From: Bryobacterales bacterium | GTDB taxonomy: Bacteria; Acidobacteriota; Terriglobia; Bryobacterales; UBA6623 | Direction: 5' to 3' | Assembly: GCA_963422375.2 (NCBI GenBank) | Contig: OY729427.2 | Coordinates: 64,001-128,000, forward strand | DNA length: 64,000 nucleotides | The notes under the pieces: generated by a model | What the model was told of the DNA's origin: nothing | Database searches by the model: none | Seen by the model: only the letters and a program-made list of their open reading frames with translations | In this document: piece after piece, positions 45,343-54,213 of the stretch | How positions within the stretch are numbered: position 1 is the first letter of the stretch | How the letters are laid out: every line of letters begins with the position of its first letter | Program-made: the position numbers and the translations under genes

Positions 45343-47938
45343 CAGCAGTTCTAGATTTGGCCATAAAGGTGGTGGATGAACGTTGTTTCGGAGGATGAGG
45401 TGAACAAGTTGACCGAGAGGTCGCGCTTCGAAGGCCGCCCCGCGGGAGTGTCGGACGGCTGGCAGGGCTGTGTCGCGATCCCGCGACGGGTCCGCCTGGT
45501 GCCAGGCCCGCGGGCGGACGCACTCCGGCGGTAGCCTGCTGCCGCAGCCGGCCGCTCGCCGGACGCTGCCGAGGCGAAGCTGCGCGGAGGCTAGGCCCCG
45601 GCCGACTGGCAGCGCGGCGGCGCGCGTCCGTCGCGCACCGCCGCCAGCAGAGCCCGCCAGTCCGGGAAGCGGTATCAGCGCAGCGCGACCCTCAGCTCCT
45701 TGAACAAGTCGCGGCGCGTGACCCGCTTGCACCGGCACTGCCGCCACAGCGCGCAGACGCACTGCAGCACCGCATGGAGCACGAAGGCGAACAGGCTCAG
45801 CACAACCGTCACGTTGGCCGGCGCGGCCTTGCCGTGCCCGAAGTTGCAGCCGTGCCGCGCCAAGCAGTTGAAGCCCTCGTTCTCGATCTTCCAGCGCGCC
45901 CAGCCGACCCGCGCGATCCGCTCCGCGTTGTCCGTGGTGACCGCGAGACTGGTGAAGAACCAGTTGGCGTAGGTACGCTTGCCGCCGCGCTCCGCGGCGT
46001 ACTCGATCCAAGTGCTCGGCCGGGTCCGGGCCGCGGCAGCCAGCCGGTCGATTGCACTGCGCCGCGCGCCTGCCGATTCTCTGGCACCTCGTACGAGTCC
46101 TTGTGGGATCCGGGCTTGCATACCCGGACCTGATTACCAACGAACGTCAGCCGAGGATATGCTATACTGAAGGAGGTCGGAAATCTCTGACAGGAAAGGG
46201 GCTAGCAGCTGAAACGCAATCGCGTGCAATGCCAGAAGGGACTCAGCCCGGGCAAGTTCCTGCAGCGCTACGGCAGCGAGGGGCAATGCGAGCAGGCCGT
46301 TTTCAACGCCCGCCGGCCGGACGGCTTCCGCTGCCCGGAGTGCGGCTCCCGGCGGCACTGCCGCATCCGCTCCCGCAAGCTCCGGCAGTGCCATGCCTGC
46401 CACCGCCGGACCTCCCTCGTCGCCGGCACGATCTTCGCCGCCAGCAAGCTGCCGCTGACCGTCCGGTTCCTGGCGCTCCACCTGCTGACGCAGGGCAAGC
46501 ACGGCGTTTCGTCGCTGGAACTGGCGCGTCAGCCGGGCGTCAGCCGGAATACCGCCTGGAAGGTGAAGCACAAGCTCCTGCCAGTGCTGAAGGAGCGCGA
46601 CGAGCGCGTGCCGCCGGGCGGCATCGTGCAGGTGGACGATGCCTACTGGGGCCTGCTGGGGCGGGGAGCGGAGCGGCGGCAAGAGCGCGGTCGCGGCGCG
46701 GCGGGCAAGACGCCGTTCGTGGCCGCCGTGCAGGTCACCGCCGCCGGCCAGCCGGCAAGGATGCGCATGAGCAGCGTGGCCAGCGTGGCGGGCTTCCGCA
46801 AGAAGACGCTGGCAGCGTGGGCCGGGCGGCACTTGCAGCCCGGCACGAAGGTGCATTCCGACGGCCCGGCCTGCTTCCGGGGCGTCGCCGACGCCGGCTG
46901 CGAGCACGTGCCGACCGTCACCGGAGGCGGGCAGCGGAGCTGCGGGGATTCCCGCTTCGTCCGGGTCAACACGATGCCGGGGAACGTCAAGCAGTCCCTG
47001 GCGGGAACCTGCCATGCGCTCGACGGCAAGCACCTGCCGCGGTACCTCGCCGAGTTCCGCTACCGCTTCAACCGCCGCTACGATCTGGAGGTGCTGGTCC
47101 CCCGCCTGCTCCACGCCTCCGTGCGCACCCCGCCCATGCCTTACCGCCTCCTAACCTTGGCTGAGTCTTGTGGGTAATCAGGTACCCGGATGTAGTCCAC
47201 ATGCCAGCGGCCTCGCAGACCGGCTGGCAACAGTACAGGTCGTCGCCCGGCAGGACGGGGCGGTAGGCCTGCAGCCAGGCGCCGTGAGCGGCGATCCAGC
47301 GCTTGGCGGCGTTGCGCTCGCAGTCCTGCTTGCGCTCGTCCTCGCTCATGTCGGCGCGGGTCGCGGCCGCGTCCTGCTGCGGGCGCACGAACTCGGGCAT
47401 CAGCGGCAGGACGGTGGCGTGGCCGTCGGCCACCGCGGTGGCCGCGACCATGGTGTGGAAGTGATGCGGCCGGCGCTCGTCGAGGCGCTGGAAGGGCTCG
47501 AGCGCGCCCTGCGCGGCCACGGTTTCGAGGCACAGCCGGAACGGCGGGTCGAACGCGGCCGGGTCGAGGCCGTCGAGCAAGTTGCGGATCCGGTGGGCGC
47601 AGGGGATGCGGCCCACGCCGAACAGGGTCCGGCAGTTGGAGCGGGAGCCGTCCCGCTCCATGCTCCGCTGGAATTCGAGGAACGACTCGCACTGGGTGAA
47701 GAAGCAGGCCAGGGCGCAACCGGCGGCGTCGCTGACCAAGTAGCGCGTGTTGCGACCCGTGCGCCGGTCGGGCAGGCCGGCGGCCGTCTCGCGGATGGCG
47801 CTCGGCAGCGCGTCCAAGACATGCGACATACATCCCAACTCGCAGATTGCGCGTCAAGCACCTGCCTGCGCCAGCCTGCCTTCGACACCCTTCTGAGACT
47901 CTCTGGAAATCCCAGAATGCCCAAATTGAGAATCGCTG
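45343..47938 (-). mobile_element. ISNCY element (ISMae2-like, CAG ends), internally deleted and interrupted by an IS1595-group copy
   Basis: IRs CAGCAGTTCTAGATTTGG / CCAAATTGAGAATCGCTG; LPDRRTGRNTRY..FFTQCESFL, KQDCERNAAKRW, GDDLYC, ARWKIENEGFN. Confidence 0.8.
46129..47182 (+). mobile_element. IS1595-group element, 1054 bp, 8-bp TSD TACCCGGA; transposase start ATG changed to CTG
   Basis: CCTGATTACC..GGTAATCAGG; TACCCGGA at 46121-46128 and 47183-47190; ORF 46224-47177. Confidence 0.92.
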
Positions 47939-48480
47939 AGTTTCGACAAGGGCGTTCACAGACCGGCGAACCTGACGCGCTTGGAAGAGCTGCTCGCGTG
48001 CAACGCGATGCCGCGGAAGGGTCGTCTGTCGAAGGCAGCGAATGAGACTGAGGGTGCGCCGGAATTCGTGGCTGCGAGGCAGGCGCACACGGCCGTGGAG
48101 TCCGCGATCAACAATTTGGAGTGTCGCGGTCCGGACCGGGGAACGGAGGGATTCGAGCGGATGATCGGACTGGCCGCGAATGTTCATCGAGTGGGCCGGA
48201 TCCTGCGCCACAGAGAGCGGGAGGGTCTCAAGGCAAGGCGCTTGCTGCTGGCTGCATAGGCAGCCGGAAGCGATCTGGATTGCCTAAACTGGAACCTTGA
48301 AGAGACCAAGTTCACGAAACGTGTTCAACCAAAAGACAACTGACTGTATCCTCATATTGGCAGTGGAATACGAGGCGATGATTTCGAGTAATTGGTCGTA
48401 GTCTGTTCCTTCTGTAGAAATCATCTAGCCGCGTTCTATCGGCTAGAATCCACGAAAACTCAGGGTTTTGTCGAAAGCAC
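47939..48480 (+). mobile_element. 3' remnant of an ISDol1-like element
   Basis: SFDKG..AMPRKGRLSK..VESAINNLECRG; end CAGGGTTTTGTCGAAAGCAC at 48480. Confidence 0.82.
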
Positions 48481-48493
48481 TAGTCTAGGACCC

Positions 48494-51400
48494 CTACGGG
48501 GCAATGTCCGTGCCGAAGGCTCCATGCACTTGTAACGTGGACACCGTCCCTTTCCACTCCCCGAACAGCCCAAGAGGCCCGTCGAAGGAATCGCCGACAA
48601 ACCTAGCCTTAAGCTGCGCTTCTGAAATCCCCATTGCGGTGCTGATCGTTACTTCCTCCGCCAGATTGGTAGTGGTTGTGAATTTGATTTTATTATTTCG
48701 AAGCAGTCCGGTATCGCTTCCAACCCCCCTGAATTCGCTCATACTGACACTCATTGTGTCATTTCCCTCCGGATCCCACTCCACTTCTGCCGTCACGTTA
48801 CCTATGTGGAAGGAAACAGTATCGCCGGAGTGTTTCACGATCACTTGGGTTTTCCCTGAATACTGTGCCGTGAAAGAAAGATGCTTGAGATCGTCATTCA
48901 GTGAGGGCGCCAACGGACTGTAGGCGAATGCTGCGAATGCCAGCTCGTCGCTATTTTTGCTCTCCTTTGGAATGTGCCAAGCACCGAAGCGGGTGAACTT
49001 GGTACCTCTGAGATAGAAGTCTCCAATCTTAACAGACACATCACTACCTCTCCGTATGTTGATAGGAGTAGAAGTACCGGAGCCTGTGCCCCAGTCCATG
49101 AAAATCTGCTCGTAAGAGGTGCTTTTACCGCTGAGTTGCAATTGTGCGAGTGTAAGTTTCGTCTGATCTCGGTCATGGGAAACATAGGAAATCTCTGTGG
49201 CAGGTTGGCCCTGTACTTGAACTTCGGATACGGAAGTCGGATTCGGGGCTGGTTTGGCGTTTGACAAGGTCCCAGGCAGAGCCTTTCGAGCCGGGCTGTC
49301 CACACCGAACGCTCCGTACAGCTTTTCTTTGTTGTCTCCGAAACCCACGGACCACGTGCCAAAGGCATCTGTGGCGTCCTCTCTGATAAACTGACCGTAC
49401 AATCTATCGCTTTGCGGCGAAATTTCCGTTTTATCAACGCTGAATTTGCCTTCTTGACGCTCCAACTTGGCATCCGGGAGCTCGACTGTTCCTACCAGAG
49501 TTCCCCGTACCTTAAGGGCCCCCCCCCGTGCGTTCTTCAATGCGCTGACCTTGCCTTCGACGAGACTGCTGCTGAACGTGGCGACAAGTTCGATTGTTCC
49601 GTTATATGTCTTTGGATGTTCTTTGTTTGGCAGGCTGCTCAAGACTGCTACGGTGTTGCCCGTATAGGTATATTGTCCCCGTGCGGGCAGGCTTTCGGTC
49701 GAACTCAGTTGCTCAAGCGTGCTGTACGCGAACGAGCCGACAGCCCATTCATTATCGATGGTTTTGCGATTCGCGTACCCAACGAAACGCGTGTCGTCAG
49801 TGTGTCCGAAGACAAGTTTCGAGGTGACTGTTTCGAAGTCGCTGCTCGCGATTCCATAGTCTTGTGATGTCGACGCACTCGAAAGGGAGTCTGCTACCAG
49901 TTGCAAGTCCTCTATCAAGCTGTCGAATTGCCTGAGGCTTGTCGGTGAAGTCGATGGGAAGTTGCGGGCACCCGGAATGCGGTGGAACGCATGCGACGCC
50001 TCTTTCAAGACGCGGCTTGGGCTCAAAGTGCTCTTACCCTTGAGATAGTCGTCAGGGTTGATTTCGTACAGCGGCCTGTAGCGTTGAAGCTTCTCGATTG
50101 CCTCCTCGATTGCTACCTTTGCCGCGTCCCCTGCTCTGGACTCTATTCTGACGAGATTCTCGCTAACAAGAAGGTCGTCCATCGAATAGTCGACCACGTT
50201 CTCATCTGGGCCGACAGCGAGAATGCTGCCATCGCCTTTCCTATGCCTAGTCGCTCCTGCTCCGCTACGCAAGCCGAAGCCGACATCATCATCATCGCCC
50301 ACGGACAGGCTATCCTCGAACGACCTAATCGTATCTGTGTCACCGGTGCCTGAACCGGAACCCAAGTCGACGATTGGCAGGGATATCGAGCGTACGGCCC
50401 TCCACCCGCTGGAGCCTCGGGTGAGGCGATAGCGCACTCCGTCGACGGTATAAGTCCGCCCCGAACGGATCGTCCTGCCGTTCCAAGTGTACGATCCGTC
50501 AGCCCGCTTCGACAGCGTGATCGAGTCCCCGGAGGGGAGATCCACAATCTCCTTGCCCGCCCTGAAGCGAGCTGTCCAGCGACGGCCCCTAAGCGTCAGC
50601 TCGTACTCGTTGCCATCCGCAGTCACAATATCGCCACTGCGGATTTGTCGACCCGCGAACCAATAGGTGCCGTCCTGAACTCGAACGATCGGAATGCTGA
50701 ACTGTGAGTCCGTCACTGTGACTGTGATGACTTCCGGCACGTACTCGGCACTCCACTGCCCGTTAGCCAGCGTCAAGCGATAGACGTCGCCATTGGCAGC
50801 AGTGTGCGTTCCCCCGCTCTGGAAGGCAGAGCCCGACAGCCAGTACGTGCCATTTTCTTCTTGCACCAATATCACGCGCACGCCGCTATTCCCGAGAACG
50901 ACCGGTATCTCTCTCGGCTCAAACTGCGCACTCCACGTGCCGCCGGACCTCGTCAGGCGATAGACGTTTCCGTTCTCCGTAGTGCGGCTGTCCCCCACGA
51001 CTAGCGGCGTTTCGTCCGCGCTGTAACTCCCGTCTTCTTGTATTGTCACGACCAACGATTCGCCGCTTCGCCCAAGGGCAACGGTCTGCCCTGGCGGCGG
51101 CACCCACTCGTAAGTCCATTCGCCGCCAGCCAGAGTCAGACGGTATTTTTGCGACCGCACCGTCCAAGTCTCGCCGGACGCGAACTGCAGGCCGTTGGCG
51201 CGGTAGGTGCCATCCTCGTTCCGCTGGAAGACTACACGGAAACCGCTACGGCCAAGTGTCAGCGAGAATGGTTCTGGAGCTACGTACTCGGCGCGCCAGC
51301 TGCCATTAGCGAAGGTGAGGGTGTAACGGCTGCCGTTCGCCGCCGTCCACTGGCCTCCGTTCTCGAATCTAGTATCCCCAGCCTGGAAGCTACCGTCTTG

Positions 51401-52474
51401 ATTCCGGGTCGCGGTAAGTTGCAGGCCGCTCTTGCCCAAGGTGATCACAGCAGGGGGGGGCGGCTGGTATGTCGCAGTCCACGTGCCGCCCGTCAGAGTC
51501 AGCCTGTACTTGCCTCCGTTCGACGACGTAACCTCCCCGCCGCTCGCGATATCGACCTGCCCGGCCCCATAGGTACCATCTTCGTTCCGCGCGAGCGTCA
51601 CTTGGTCGCCGCTCCCTCCCAAGGCGACGGTCTGGGCCGCGGGAGCGATGTACTCCGGCACCCACTCTCCGTTGATCAGCGAGAGCGTGTAGCGGCTGCC
51701 GTTCACCGCCGTCACCGCGGCCCCGCTCTCGAACCTCTGCCCCAATGCCTCGTAGCTGCCGTCTTCATGCCGTGTCACGACCACCTGGCTGCCGCTCTTG
51801 CCAAGAATGACGACCGCGGGCGCCGGCGGCTCGTATGTCGCAGACCACCCCCCATCAGCCAGCGTCAGCCTGTACTGGCCACCATTTGACGACGTGACAA
51901 CCTCGCCATCGGCGATGTCGGCCTGCCCGGCCCGGAAAGTACCATCTTCGTTCCGCGCGAGCGTCACTTGGTCGCCGCTCCCTCCCAAGGCGACGGTCTG
52001 GGCCGCGGGAGCGATGTACTCCGGCACCCACTCTCCGTCGACCAGCGAGAGCGTGTAGCGGCTGCCGTTCTCCGCCGTGACCTGTCCCTTCTTCTGGAAT
52101 CTCTCATTTCCGGCTTGGTAGCTGCCGTCCTCGTGCCGCGTCACCGTCACTTGGTGACCGCTCTGGCCCAAGGTGACGGTCTCAGGGGGAGGCGGCTCGT
52201 ATTCCGCCGTCCACCTGCCGTTCGCCAGCGTGAGCGCGTAGTCCTGGCCGTTGGATCCCTTGACCGTGTGTCCGCTCGTGATCGCTTGGCCGTTCAGCGT
52301 GTATCGGCCAGCCTGAGACTGAAGAGTGATCGTGCCCCCGAAGCTGCCCAGCGTGACGTTCACGGGAATAGGCTGCGGGGGAGGAGGAGCGCTCGACTTC
52401 GATCCGCCGCACGCAGTCAAGCAGATCGCCAAGACGGCAAACGGGACAATGCGGTCCAACTTCAGAACACTCAT
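48494..52474 (-). CDS. Surface lipoprotein: 11 x ~60-aa repeats + two TbpB-like lobes
   Basis: Lipobox LAICLTA-C followed by GGSKSSAPPPP; repeats VxLGxSG..RxEDGxY..NGxxYxLTL..GxW..Y.PP; lobes with FAYS(T/P)L and F(V/I)..FG(T/E)W..GAFG. Confidence 0.82.
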   Translation of the reverse strand: MSVLKLDRIVPFAVLAICLTACGGSKSSAPPPPQPIPVNVTLGSFGGTITLQSQAGRYTLNGQAITSGHTVKGSNGQDYALTLANGRWTAEYEPPPPETVTLGQSGHQVTVTRHEDGSYQAGNERFQKKGQVTAENGSRYTLSLVDGEWVPEYIAPAAQTVALGGSGDQVTLARNEDGTFRAGQADIADGEVVTSSNGGQYRLTLADGGWSATYEPPAPAVVILGKSGSQVVVTRHEDGSYEALGQRFESGAAVTAVNGSRYTLSLINGEWVPEYIAPAAQTVALGGSGDQVTLARNEDGTYGAGQVDIASGGEVTSSNGGKYRLTLTGGTWTATYQPPPPAVITLGKSGLQLTATRNQDGSFQAGDTRFENGGQWTAANGSRYTLTFANGSWRAEYVAPEPFSLTLGRSGFRVVFQRNEDGTYRANGLQFASGETWTVRSQKYRLTLAGGEWTYEWVPPPGQTVALGRSGESLVVTIQEDGSYSADETPLVVGDSRTTENGNVYRLTRSGGTWSAQFEPREIPVVLGNSGVRVILVQEENGTYWLSGSAFQSGGTHTAANGDVYRLTLANGQWSAEYVPEVITVTVTDSQFSIPIVRVQDGTYWFAGRQIRSGDIVTADGNEYELTLRGRRWTARFRAGKEIVDLPSGDSITLSKRADGSYTWNGRTIRSGRTYTVDGVRYRLTRGSSGWRAVRSISLPIVDLGSGSGTGDTDTIRSFEDSLSVGDDDDVGFGLRSGAGATRHRKGDGSILAVGPDENVVDYSMDDLLVSENLVRIESRAGDAAKVAIEEAIEKLQRYRPLYEINPDDYLKGKSTLSPSRVLKEASHAFHRIPGARNFPSTSPTSLRQFDSLIEDLQLVADSLSSASTSQDYGIASSDFETVTSKLVFGHTDDTRFVGYANRKTIDNEWAVGSFAYSTLEQLSSTESLPARGQYTYTGNTVAVLSSLPNKEHPKTYNGTIELVATFSSSLVEGKVSALKNARGGALKVRGTLVGTVELPDAKLERQEGKFSVDKTEISPQSDRLYGQFIREDATDAFGTWSVGFGDNKEKLYGAFGVDSPARKALPGTLSNAKPAPNPTSVSEVQVQGQPATEISYVSHDRDQTKLTLAQLQLSGKSTSYEQIFMDWGTGSGTSTPINIRRGSDVSVKIGDFYLRGTKFTRFGAWHIPKESKNSDELAFAAFAYSPLAPSLNDDLKHLSFTAQYSGKTQVIVKHSGDTVSFHIGNVTAEVEWDPEGNDTMSVSMSEFRGVGSDTGLLRNNKIKFTTTTNLAEEVTISTAMGISEAQLKARFVGDSFDGPLGLFGEWKGTVSTLQVHGAFGTDIAP

Positions 52475-52807
52475 CCTGTACTCCAATTCACTGGCTGCAT
52501 ATTTCAGCTGCTCCATTCTAGCACGATCCGACCCAGAGGAGAGGTGTGGTCTAACACAATGGCGTGCCGAACATCGAACGCACCCTCGATTTCTGGTTGG
52601 ACAGCTAAGGCTGCGGATACGTGCGCCCCCTTCAGCCCCGTCGCCGATATTCGCCCTGTCGCGCAGTCTCGGAGCAGGTCCGCTCACCAATGCCGCGTGG
52701 TGCCATGACCGTGAATCGCCCGACCGTTGCGGCAACCCGTGGGCGATTCGGCATTGCGTACGCGATCCCACACGAGGTTGCTGTCTTCTTCGGAAGCCCC
52801 TTCTATT

Positions 52808-54213
52808 GGGAATTATATATCTGAGTGCCGACGACGCCATATCCGGCTAGAACTGCTCTGCTTGGGGACGTCGGCGTCTAGCTCGGATCTTTCGTGTGCG
52901 GCCGAGGTGGGCACCGAAAGGTCGGTTCGTATCTGAATTGCGCCTGCAAGCGGATCTCGCGACGGACGGACTGGAGAGGCTCCCCTTCCAAGGCGGCTGC
53001 ATCTATGAATCGTCCGGGCCGGACACCGGTCGCGGCGCGGGATTCCGGATCCGGAGGGCCCTTCGCACCGAGCGTGAAGACAGGCCGCAGCGGACCGGCC
53101 AGGCCGTGCTCGGGCCGCGACCGCGGCCTTGCCGACCAGCTGCCAGTAGGTCAGCGTCCGGCCGACCGGGCCCCGCGCCATGCGCCGCATCCGTTCCGCG
53201 GTGTCGCAGTTGCGGGCGTTGCACCGTCCCGCGAACTCCGTGAGGTAGCGGCCCGAATGTTGGACGCTCATCCGATGATAGGTTCCGTAGAGGCCGCGCT
53301 TGAACAGGGACCGGAACGACTCGATGCCGTTCGCATGCGCTGTCCCGCGCACGTACTCGCCGCCGGAGTGCCTGACGGCTTCGTGCGGGAACTCTTCCAT
53401 GCCGGCGCAGGCCGCCGCCTCGTCGGAGCGGACCTGCGCGCCCGGCGCGACCCGGCCGCGCACGAAGCCCTGCAGGTCGCCCTCGGTCGTGCCCGGCAGC
53501 GGCCGGGCGGCCACTTCGTTCGTGGCGCGGTCCCGCGCGCCCGCCACGGGGGTCTTGCCGACGGGCCCGCGCCCGGCGCGGGCCTTCTTGCTCTCGTGCT
53601 TGTTGCGCTCCTTGCCGCCGACGTACGTCTCGTCCACTTCCACCGGGCCGACGAACAGGTCCCGGTCCCGCTCCCGGCACGCGCGGATGCGGTGCGCCAG
53701 GTGCCGGGCCGACTTCCGGCTGATGCCCGGGTCGCGGTGCAGCTTCATGCTGGAGACGCCCTTGATGCCGGTGGCCAGCAGGAACAGGGCGATGGCCCGG
53801 ACGCGGTAGCCGAGCTTGGTGTCGGCCATCACGCTGCCGGTGCGCACGGAAAAGCGCTTGCCGCAACCGCGGCAACGGTACGGCATCGAAGGGTGGGCCG
53901 CGCCGGACTGCACGCTGGAGCCGCGGCAGCGGGGGCATGCCGGACCGTCCGGCCAGCGCATGGAGGCGAACCACTCTTCCGCGGATTCGTCATCGGGGAA
54001 CATGGCGATCACTTCGATCAAGGTGATGCCTTTACGAAATCAATTCCCGGGACATTTCTGCTTCGACTGCTTCAACTATGACCTCCTATATTGAAACTAT
54101 TCTATCAAGAATATCCACAGACTGTCAACAGATATACGGAAGAAATATCAAATTGATTTATGGATTGATAATTTGCCAAATCGGTTGCCTAGGCACTCAG
54201 ATATATAATTCCC
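52808..54213 (-). mobile_element. IS1595-family element (ISNwi1-like ends), both TIRs intact; transposase with early TGA (~54040) and lost native stop
   Basis: GGGAATTATATATCTGAGTGCC at both ends; ORF 52813-54021; flanks CTTCTATT / ATTCTATA are not an exact TSD. Confidence 0.9.

Noticed and set aside
51575..52080. DGR template/variable repeat pair
   Set aside because: In-frame intragenic duplication without adenine-specific differences; no reverse transcriptase in the window.
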